Shown piece after piece: positions 56,870-64,000 of a stretch of 64,000 bases of DNA; the first letter of the stretch is position 1, and the number at the start of each line of letters is the position of its first letter. Source of the stretch: Corallococcus exiguus. Its GTDB lineage: Bacteria > Myxococcota > Myxococcia > Myxococcales > Myxococcaceae. The stretch covers positions 221,827 through 285,826 of the forward strand of contig NZ_JAAAPK010000002.1 in the NCBI RefSeq assembly GCF_009909105.1, in the 5' to 3' direction. The notes below the pieces were generated by a model. That model searched no databases. It saw nothing but the letters and a program-made list of their open reading frames with translations, and was not told where the DNA came from. The translations under genes and the position numbers were made by a program.

Positions 56870-59800
56870 GCGCGCGGGTCCTGACATTGCCGCTGGAGGC
56901 GTCGCTCGCGGAGGCACAGGCCGCGTTGGAGACCACTCCGCCGGGCGAGGTGGAGTGGGTGCTGCCCGTGGGCGAGGGCGTGCTCACTGCGGACTTCGTC
57001 ATCGGAACGCCCGCGCACGCGCTGCGGCTCACGGGCGGCCCGGGCGTGACGCTGAAGCTCGACGGCGGGACGCTCGAAGTCACCGGGCTCGTCACCGGAC
57101 TGTCGGGCGTGACGGTGGTGGCGTTGGACGCCGGGTTGGTCCTCCTGGGGGCGCGGGTGGAGGTGTCGGACGTCACGGTGAGCGCCACGGCGTCGGGGGA
57201 TTGCGCGGCGATGAGCGTGGAGACGCCGGACGGCACGGTGGTCATCGACTCGCTCACGGTGACGCAGGCGAAGGGCGAGGTGGCGACGGGGCTCCGGTTG
57301 CTGGCGACGGAGGCCCGCGTCACGGGCCTGTCCGTGGACGGCGTGAGGGCCACGGTGGGGGAGGCCTTTGGCGTGCGGGCGGTCTGCCAACGTTCGCAGT
57401 GGGCGGACGTGTCGGTGCGCAACGTCATGGGCATGGAGATGGGCGTGGGCCTGGAACTGGCGGGCTTCACCCATGCGGACCTGTCCGGGCTCACGGTGTC
57501 GCAGGTCTCCGGGCCGAACGCGACCGGAGCTCGGGTGCTGGTGGCTCGGGAGGAGGGCGAGGGCCTGTCCATGGTGGACGTGTCCGTGAGCGAGGTGGAT
57601 GCGTTCGGGGTGCAGTGGAGCATCGGGCTCTTGGTGGCCTCGGCGGGCGCGCTCCAGGTGCGTGGCTTCACCGTGCAGCGGGTGCAGGGCGGGTTCCCGA
57701 TGGGCGTGCTCGCGCTGGGCGGGCGGAGCATCGAAGTGGCCATGGGCCAGGTGGAGGATGTCTCCGCCGGAACGCGCGCCACGGGCATGCGGGTGCTGGG
57801 GGGACCTTCGCTGGAGCCGGTGGTGGTTCGTGACGTGGAGGTGAGCCGTGTGTCCGCGGCGCCTGTTCCGGTGTCCGCGCAGCCCGAGGCGTCCTGGTCG
57901 GACTGGCTCATCGCCGCATTGGATGCACTGTCTGCTTCGGTCGTGGGGCCGCTGACGCTGCCTGCGTTTCCCACCGATGCGGACGTCGTGGGCCTGCACG
58001 TGGCCGCGCCGCTGGGCGGCCTTGAGCCGGTGCTGGACGTGGGCACGCCGGGGGAGATCGCCATCGAGGACTGCTCCCTCTTCGTCATCACCGGCACCGC
58101 GTTGCAACTGGAGGGCGGACTGCGCACGGCGCTGGTGCGACGCACCGAGGCCTGGACGTCCGTGCATGCGGGCTGGCTCCAGGCGGAGCAGCTGTTGCTG
58201 GCACAGCTCACCTGGCACCGGCATGCGCATGGGCTGCGGCTGGGGCCTGGAGAGATTCGCGCCTACGACTCGCTCTTCACGGCCATCGTGGGCGCGCCGT
58301 TCGTGCTGGAGCCGGACGCGGAGCTGTCTGCCTCTCCCGCGCTGTTCGCTCAGGGCGCGGCCCCGCCGTTCCTGGAGGTGGGGCCCCTGCCGTACCGGAC
58401 GCCGGGGACTCCGGAGGTTCCGCCGGTGTTGCTCACTGGCGGCCTGCCGCCTCCGGAGACCGTGGATCTGCGGCTGGTGCCGGATGCGGCCATCTCGCGC
58501 GCGGCCGTGCCGGTTCCGGGCGACGGTCCTCGCGACCCGGCGCCATTCATTGGGGCGTGGGCTCCGGACGTGGTGCCGGGATGTGACGTGAGGGATCCTC
58601 AGCCGCGCCCGTGGCTCGCGGCCCCGGAGCGTCCGGCGCCTGGCGCGCTGGTGGACTACCAGGCTCGCGACGCGCAGTCGTTGCTGGCGGTGATGCTGGA
58701 GCGGGCCCGCACGGTGATGGCGCCGTGGGAGGACCGGGGGCCCGCGGACTTCACGACCATGTTGCTGGAGGCCGTGGCCGCGCAGCTGGACTCGCTGGCG
58801 TACCAGCAGGAGCGCGCGGTGGTGGAGGGCTTCCTGGAGGACGCCCGGTTGCGGCGCTCCGTGGAGGACCACGCGCGTGGACTGGATTACGTGCCGGATC
58901 CGGGGCTCTCCGCCACGGTGATGCTGCGGTTCCGGTTGGATCCGGAGGCGCTCGCGGCGCTGGTGAAGGCGCGGTTGGATGAACTGAACCTGTCGGTGCT
59001 TCCGCCCGGCACCACCGCGCTGGAGTTCCTTACCGGTGGCGGCGTGCTGGAGATTCCCGCCGAAACGCTGGTGGCGAATGTCTCCACGGACGAGCACTCG
59101 CTGGTGTTCGTCACCGAGTCGCCCCTGTCGTACTTCCCCCGGCTGGAGATCGTGACGCTCGCGGAGTCCGTGCAGCCTGGGGACACGGGCGCGACGCTCG
59201 CGGGGCTGTACCCGGAGCTGGATCCCGGCCGGTGGCTGATCCTCTACCGGGGCCGCGGCGAGAGCGGGCACGTGGTGCGAGTGACGTCTGTAGCGCTCGC
59301 CACCGATACGACCTTCGTCGGGTGGGATCCCCGCAGGTTCGCGCCGGAGGTGTTCCTGGCGCCGGGAGACCCCGCACCCGGGCCTCGCGCGACGGTGCTG
59401 GGCAACGTGGTGCCCGCGCATCACGGGCTGCCGGTGACGCCGCTTCCAGAGGGCTTCGAGGCGGACTCGGCGGAGCCCTTCGCGCGCAGCCTCGCGCAGT
59501 GGCGTGCGTTGCTGTCCCCGGTCGTGGACGGCAGCGAGGAGCGCGAGTTCGCCCTGCCGTTCCATCCGGTCAGCGTCCAGGCCTTTGGGTATCCACTGCC
59601 GGAGGAGACGTCGCGGCGCGGGACGCCCCAGCTCCAGGTGAGCGTGGAGGACGACCCCTGGACGCTGGTGGACGACCTGTCCGTCCAGGGGCCGGGGGAT
59701 GAGGTGTTCGTGCTGCGCGCGACCCCCACGGGTGGCGCCAGCCTGCGCTGGGGCGACGGCGTCAACGGCGCCGTGCTTCCGCCCCGGGAGACGACGCTGG

Positions 59801-60633
59801 GACTGTCGCTGCGCGTGGGGCTGGGGACGGTGGCCAACGTGGGGGAGGGCGTGCTCACGCGGTTGCTCCAGGTGCCGTTGGATCCGCAGCGCTCCGCGTC
59901 CGCGGGCGAGCTGCTGGCCCAATCGATGGACGACGTGCGCGCGTTGGTGCGCGTGGACAATCCGCTGCCCGCGGTGGGGGGGCGCGACGCGGAGTCGCTC
60001 GACTCCATTCGCTATCGTGCACCGGCGGGTGTGTCGCAGCCGCTGTCCGCCGTCACGGTCGACGACTACGTGCGGATGCTCCAGCAGATGCCGGAGGTGG
60101 CGGGGGCCTCGGCGCGCGCCGTGGACCGGGACCTGCGCACGGTCATCCGTGTGACGGTGTTGCTGCGCGACGAGGACACGCTCGACCGCGACGAGCTGCT
60201 GCGCCGATGGGCGGGGGTGCGCAGTCGCCTGGAGGAATTCCGCCTGCTGGGCGTGGACGTGGAAGCGCTGCCGCCCAAATGGGTGCCGCTCGACTTGGAC
60301 CTGGAGGTGGATGCCTCGCCGCATGCGCAGGCCGACCAGGTGCGCGACGCGGTGGTGGGCGCCATCGCTGGGGACGGCGGCCTGTTGGATCCGGACCGCT
60401 CTGGCCTGAACGGCGATGTGCAGCTCGCGGACCTGTACCAGGCGGTGCTGCGCGTCCCGGGCGTGACGGCGGTGCGGGTGAAGCGCTTCCGCCGGCTGGA
60501 GCCCCAATCGCAGGAGCGGCTGGAGGCGGGCGTCATTCCCATTGGACCCGACGAGGTGGCCACTGCTCGGGGTGGTTACTGGCCGGGTTCGGAAGGCGTC
60601 CTCACCGTGCAGGTGTGCGGAGGGCTGCGATGA
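56866..60633 (+). CDS. baseplate-J-like (gp6/Afp11-like) putative baseplate assembly protein with about 550-aa N-terminal parallel beta-helix-like extension
   Basis: GTG start overlapping gp25 stop (GTGA). The N-terminal third shows repetitive V/G/T-rich beta-helix-like segments (GVTVVALDAGLVLLGARVEVSDVTVSATASG...). The C-terminal about 650 aa follows the putative-baseplate-assembly / Baseplate_J pattern (...GGRDAESLDSIRYRAPAGV...AVTVDDYVRM...). Confidence 0.7.
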   Translation: MSARVLTLPLEASLAEAQAALETTPPGEVEWVLPVGEGVLTADFVIGTPAHALRLTGGPGVTLKLDGGTLEVTGLVTGLSGVTVVALDAGLVLLGARVEVSDVTVSATASGDCAAMSVETPDGTVVIDSLTVTQAKGEVATGLRLLATEARVTGLSVDGVRATVGEAFGVRAVCQRSQWADVSVRNVMGMEMGVGLELAGFTHADLSGLTVSQVSGPNATGARVLVAREEGEGLSMVDVSVSEVDAFGVQWSIGLLVASAGALQVRGFTVQRVQGGFPMGVLALGGRSIEVAMGQVEDVSAGTRATGMRVLGGPSLEPVVVRDVEVSRVSAAPVPVSAQPEASWSDWLIAALDALSASVVGPLTLPAFPTDADVVGLHVAAPLGGLEPVLDVGTPGEIAIEDCSLFVITGTALQLEGGLRTALVRRTEAWTSVHAGWLQAEQLLLAQLTWHRHAHGLRLGPGEIRAYDSLFTAIVGAPFVLEPDAELSASPALFAQGAAPPFLEVGPLPYRTPGTPEVPPVLLTGGLPPPETVDLRLVPDAAISRAAVPVPGDGPRDPAPFIGAWAPDVVPGCDVRDPQPRPWLAAPERPAPGALVDYQARDAQSLLAVMLERARTVMAPWEDRGPADFTTMLLEAVAAQLDSLAYQQERAVVEGFLEDARLRRSVEDHARGLDYVPDPGLSATVMLRFRLDPEALAALVKARLDELNLSVLPPGTTALEFLTGGGVLEIPAETLVANVSTDEHSLVFVTESPLSYFPRLEIVTLAESVQPGDTGATLAGLYPELDPGRWLILYRGRGESGHVVRVTSVALATDTTFVGWDPRRFAPEVFLAPGDPAPGPRATVLGNVVPAHHGLPVTPLPEGFEADSAEPFARSLAQWRALLSPVVDGSEEREFALPFHPVSVQAFGYPLPEETSRRGTPQLQVSVEDDPWTLVDDLSVQGPGDEVFVLRATPTGGASLRWGDGVNGAVLPPRETTLGLSLRVGLGTVANVGEGVLTRLLQVPLDPQRSASAGELLAQSMDDVRALVRVDNPLPAVGGRDAESLDSIRYRAPAGVSQPLSAVTVDDYVRMLQQMPEVAGASARAVDRDLRTVIRVTVLLRDEDTLDRDELLRRWAGVRSRLEEFRLLGVDVEALPPKWVPLDLDLEVDASPHAQADQVRDAVVGAIAGDGGLLDPDRSGLNGDVQLADLYQAVLRVPGVTAVRVKRFRRLEPQSQERLEAGVIPIGPDEVATARGGYWPGSEGVLTVQVCGGLR

Positions 60634-63146
60634 GCCGCGTTCCCTCCACGCACCAGGCGCTGACGCATGAGCAGCTCCGCACCCGGCTGGGCGAGTCGGC
60701 GCGCATCGTCTTCACCCGGCTGGACGAGGCGCCCACGTGGAATCCGCTCGCGTACGCGGCGCCATCGTCGGTGGACCTGGGGCGGGGACTGCTGGACAGC
60801 GTGGCGCTCGCGCTGCACGTGCTGTGGACGTATCAGCAGGCGTGGGCGGAGGAGGGCTTCCTCGCCACCGCGCGGCTGGAGGACTCCGTCTCCAAGCTGC
60901 TCGGGCACATCGGTTATCGGCCGAGTCCGGGCACCGCGGCGGTGGGGCTCCAGCACTTCCGCTGCAAGGCGAACGTGCGCGGCACGCTGTCGCCGGGAAC
61001 GGCGGTGAATTCAGCGGCGGAGGGGGAAGAGACCGCCGCTGTGTTCGAGACGCTCGCGTCGCTGCGCCTGCTGCCGGAACTCAACGAACTGCGTGCGTTC
61101 CTGCCTCCTCTGGTTGGAGCGGGGACAGGAGCTGGAACCGGGACGGAGACGGGCGGAGGAGCGGGAACAGGTGGAGGCACGGGGACGGGTGGTGGGACCG
61201 GTGCGCCTTCCGGCGAGGCGGGTGAGCCAGGGGCTCCGGCTCCCACGGGCGGCATCTTCGGGCCCGGCTCGGTGGTCGCGGGGCTCCAGGATCGCATCGA
61301 GGTGCAGCGCCACGGTCCGCTGGAGGAACGGCAGGTGGCTCGAGCGAAGCAGGATGCTCGCAAGCTGGCGTCGTTGATGAAGACGTTGGACCTGGGCGGG
61401 GATGCGGCGTGCAAGAGCACGCTGGACGCGCTCTGCGAACAACTGTGCGAGGCCCAGAAGGTCGTGGCGCAGGCCGTGCCTCCGCCCGGCCGTCCCGTGG
61501 GTGCGTTGTCCGAGTCGCAGGAGATCCTCGCCCGCCAGCTCCGCAACTTGCAGAAGCGGCAGGCGGACGCACTGGCCGCGTTGGAGGAGGCGCTGGCCCC
61601 GTGCGCGGACGAGGACCCGGCCGTGCACGCGGTCCGGTTGGACAAGATGGTCACGTTCCTGGATGCCTTCGTGAACAGCCTCATCCAGGAGGCGCGGGAT
61701 CAACTCGTCATCCTCAAGGGCAGTGAGGCGCTGAACCGGGCGGACCAGGCCTTCGGCGCGGACGCGGGAGTGGCCCGGCCGTTGGGCGTGGCGGCATCCG
61801 GTACGGACACGCTCTATCTGCTGCCGCTGACGGATGCCTCCGGGCTCACCTCGCAGGAACCGCCGGTGCGGCCGGGAGACTGGTTCGTGCTGGCCGAGGA
61901 CGTGGAGCGTCTGGGCCCCGGAGGCGCGAAGGGCACGGAGCGGATCTACCGCGAAGCACTGCGAGTGCTGCGTGTCCGCACGGAGGTTCCGCCCGGCCAG
62001 CGAACGCCGATGACGCAGGTGACGTTCCAGCCGCCGCTGTCGCGCGCGTACGCGTTGGACGGCGTGGTGCTGCTGGGAAACAACACGCTCGTCAGCGAGG
62101 GCTCCACGGTGGAGGAGGTCGCCGTGCCTTCGCTGGATCTGCGCACGGTGTCGCTGCTGCATGGGCCGGTGACCTGGCTGCGCGACCCGAGCCGCGCGGG
62201 AGGCCGCCGGCCGGAGGTGTCCCTGACGGTGGGGGGACGCGCGTGGCATCCGGTGGATTCTTTGTTGGACGCCGCGCCTGATGAGCTGGCCTTCGCGGTG
62301 GAGTCGCTGCCGGCCGGGGCCGCGCGGCTGCGCTTCGGGGAAGGGGACCACGGTTCGGCGTTGCCCCTGGGCACGGAGGTGCGGGTCCGCTACCGGGTGG
62401 GCAGAGGGACGGGAGGCAACCGGGCCGCGCTGCGGCTGCTGGCGATGGCGAGCCCGCATCCCTGCGTGGAGAAGACGTTCAACCCGCTGCCGCTGGCCGG
62501 AGGAACGGATCCGGAGGCACCGGCGCTGGCGCGCGTGCGAGGGCCCGCCACGGTGGGCGCGATGGACCGCGCCGTGTCGCTCTCGGACGTGCAGGCGCTG
62601 ACGTTGGTGTTCGACGGCGTGCACCGCGCGAACGTGTTCCGGGATGGCGTGCGCCGCCGTTCGTTGAAGGTGGTGGTGGCCGGGCCGGAAGGAGCAGCCC
62701 TGGGCGCAGCCGATCTGGAAGAACTCCACGCGCATCTGGCGGCACGGGTGGCGCCGAAGGTGGAGCTGAACCTGATCAACCGGCAGCGTGTGGAAGTGCG
62801 GCTGCGGGTGCTGCTGCGCGTGGTGAAGGGGGCTGATCCGGTCGCGGTGCTTCAAGAGACGCGCCTGCGGCTGGGCGTGGACCGAGACCCGGAGCGTGAG
62901 CCTGGTCTGCTGGATCCGGATCGCGTGGAGCTGGGACAGGATCTGCAGCTGTCGGACGTATACGGCGCGCTCGCGGAGATCACGGGCCTGCGCTCGGTGG
63001 TGGTGCAGCGGCTGCATCGCGAAGGCACGCCGCCAGCACTCTTCGAGCGCATCGTCACCGCGCCCGGCGAGCTGCTCGCCTGGGCCCCGCCGTCCGGAGA
63101 AAGCGATGGCGTCGCGCTCACCTACGAGGAGGCCCAGGATCTATGA
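60630..63146 (+). CDS. second baseplate-J-like / putative baseplate assembly protein (838 aa)
   Basis: ATGA-coupled. N-terminal LEDSVSKLLGHIGYRPSPGTAAVGLQHF fits the Baseplate_J N-terminal segment. Central Gly/Thr repeat (GAGTGAGTGTETGGGAGTGGGTGTGGG), then a coiled-coil and C-terminal domains. Confidence 0.6.
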   Translation: MSRVPSTHQALTHEQLRTRLGESARIVFTRLDEAPTWNPLAYAAPSSVDLGRGLLDSVALALHVLWTYQQAWAEEGFLATARLEDSVSKLLGHIGYRPSPGTAAVGLQHFRCKANVRGTLSPGTAVNSAAEGEETAAVFETLASLRLLPELNELRAFLPPLVGAGTGAGTGTETGGGAGTGGGTGTGGGTGAPSGEAGEPGAPAPTGGIFGPGSVVAGLQDRIEVQRHGPLEERQVARAKQDARKLASLMKTLDLGGDAACKSTLDALCEQLCEAQKVVAQAVPPPGRPVGALSESQEILARQLRNLQKRQADALAALEEALAPCADEDPAVHAVRLDKMVTFLDAFVNSLIQEARDQLVILKGSEALNRADQAFGADAGVARPLGVAASGTDTLYLLPLTDASGLTSQEPPVRPGDWFVLAEDVERLGPGGAKGTERIYREALRVLRVRTEVPPGQRTPMTQVTFQPPLSRAYALDGVVLLGNNTLVSEGSTVEEVAVPSLDLRTVSLLHGPVTWLRDPSRAGGRRPEVSLTVGGRAWHPVDSLLDAAPDELAFAVESLPAGAARLRFGEGDHGSALPLGTEVRVRYRVGRGTGGNRAALRLLAMASPHPCVEKTFNPLPLAGGTDPEAPALARVRGPATVGAMDRAVSLSDVQALTLVFDGVHRANVFRDGVRRRSLKVVVAGPEGAALGAADLEELHAHLAARVAPKVELNLINRQRVEVRLRVLLRVVKGADPVAVLQETRLRLGVDRDPEREPGLLDPDRVELGQDLQLSDVYGALAEITGLRSVVVQRLHREGTPPALFERIVTAPGELLAWAPPSGESDGVALTYEEAQDL

Positions 63147-63262
63147 GCCCCGCCTCGACGCGCCCGACCGGCCCCCGCCCCAGGCCCGCGGACATGGGGT
63201 CAGTCTCCGTGGCTGAGAAAGAGGGAACCCTGCGGGGACTCCCGGCTGCGGCGCACCGCATG

Positions 63263-63400
63263 AACCTGTCCGACAGTCGGACAGGATTAAAGGACCCAGG
63301 CCGGGGACCTCCGTGCCAGCCGAGCCGTGAAAACCTGTCCGACAGTCGGACAGGTTTGGAGGACCGAGGCGGGGGACCTCTGCTCCAGCCGAGCAGTGAA
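63263..63400. repeat. two tandem ~69-bp repeat units each containing a perfect 21-bp palindrome (CCTGTCCGAC-A-GTCGGACAGG)
   Basis: Unit 1 63263-63331, unit 2 63332-63400. Palindromes at 63265-63285 and 63334-63354. Intergenic between the baseplate gene (stop 63146) and the gpI-like gene (63509). ORF 63143-63511 across it is rejected. Confidence 0.6.
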
Positions 63401-63508
63401 AGTTGGGACCGTGTCGGGCGGAAGGTGCACGGCACTGATGTTCGGGCGCTTGGCGTGGCGCGTTACGGCGTGGCCGCGACGCTTCCGGTCGTGGAGGGGC
63501 AGGCCCCA

Positions 63509-64000
63509 TGAGCCCTCCTTCTCAGCGGCTGAGCCAGCTCCTCCCGGGTCTCTACTCGGCGCGGGACTTCACGCTCGCGGATCAGCCGCTCCTCAAGCTG
63601 CTCGCCGTGCTGGGCATGGAGCTGGATGCGTTCGCGCGCGCGGTGGATCAGCTCTGGGATGATCATTTCGTGGAGCGTGCGGGTCCGCAGGCGCTGCCGT
63701 TGCTCGCGGAGTTGATGGGCGCACGGCTGATCACCGACGACCCTCGCGTGCAGCGCGGTGTGGTGGCTCGCGCGGTGGCGTGGCGCCGACGGAAGGGCAC
63801 GCTCGCGTCGCTGGAGGAGGTGCTCTCCGTCACCAGCCTCTGGGATGCGGAAGTGGACGAGTCCTTCCGTTCGCTGCTGGAGACCCAGGACCTCAACGAC
63901 TTGCTGCCCTGGCGCGGCCGCAGCGCGGTGATGTGGGATCCCATCGGCCTCGCGGATCCGCTCACCCGCCGCTCGCCTGGCATCGAGCGTCCCCGCGATG
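63509..64000 (+). CDS. phage tail protein I (P2 gpI)-like baseplate/tail protein, N-terminal fragment (continues beyond window)
   Basis: Translation MSPPSQRLSQLLPGLYSARDFTLADQPLLKLLAVLGMELDAFARAVDQLWDDHFVERAGPQALPLLAELMGARLI... matches the conserved N-terminus of the P2 gpI tail-protein family. No stop before window end, so absent from the ORF table. Confidence 0.55.

Noticed and set aside
56800-63017. 1235-aa and 668-aa minus-strand ORFs
   Set aside because: Antisense to the eCIS baseplate genes, which are supported by family motifs and serial start/stop coupling; translations are Arg/His/Gln-rich noise.
63263-63400. Possible CRISPR array
   Set aside because: Only two tandem units, no unique spacers between short direct repeats, no cas genes; this is a palindromic tandem repeat, not CRISPR.
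63143-63511. 122-aa plus-strand ORF spanning the tandem palindromic repeats
   Set aside because: Its sequence is dictated by the duplicated palindromic DNA repeat (repeated NLSDSRTGL peptide); more parsimonious as a noncoding repeat element.
47811-64000. Prophage
   Set aside because: Only tail and baseplate module genes, no head/packaging/integration/lysis genes in 16 kb, with tight operonic packing; fits a domesticated eCIS rather than an integrated phage. Cannot be fully excluded without sequence past the window end.

Overview
This window is high-GC (about 68-70%) myxobacterial-type chromosomal DNA. A MYXO-CTERM sorting tail on a giant surface protein and pervasive spurious antisense ORFs fit that origin. 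Protein assignments below come from reading the six-frame translations and recognising family motifs, not from database searches.

The window divides into five blocks.

- **1-14.3 kb, housekeeping.** typA/bipA (3' part, minus strand), an alpha/beta hydrolase, a sigma-54 NtrC-type activator, a His-rich CDF metal exporter, rsmD, coaD, an aspartate-family aminotransferase, carB and a pentapeptide-repeat lipoprotein.
- **14.3-19.0 kb, lower-GC cassette.** A three-gene cassette at about 55-60% GC with two lipase-like alpha/beta hydrolases, one of them fused to LysM. It is co-directional with the operon in the next block.
- **19.0-41.8 kb, type VI secretion-like locus in two divergent operons.**
  - Minus strand: tssK, a beta-rich spike-like protein, tssL, a small ORF, tssM, a tssJ-like lipoprotein, then a 1949-aa MYXO-CTERM repeat protein.
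  - Plus strand: tssB, tssC, a pair of paralogous unknown proteins in the usual hcp position, tssA-like, tssG, tssE, a VgrG-like hub without a beta-helix, and tssF.
  - No ClpV/TssH and no canonical Hcp are visible in the window.
- **41.4-47.6 kb.** A convergent PAAR-like (DUF4280) operon with an ANL-adenylating-enzyme-like protein and a secreted protein, then a multi-PAS sensor histidine kinase and a DUF1622 membrane protein.
- **47.8-64.0 kb, second contractile machine.** A phage-tail-like extracellular contractile injection system (eCIS/PLTS). It carries a long tail sheath, two gp19-like tube proteins, unknowns, a LysM-like protein, a gpD hub, a gp25/GPW wedge, two baseplate-J-like proteins (the first with a long N-terminal beta-helix extension) and the start of a P2 gpI-like protein. 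Genes are translationally coupled and no capsid, terminase or integrase is present.

The main point of interest is two different contractile injection systems about 6 kb apart, with atypical composition on the T6SS side and candidate effector cargo at its 3' end.
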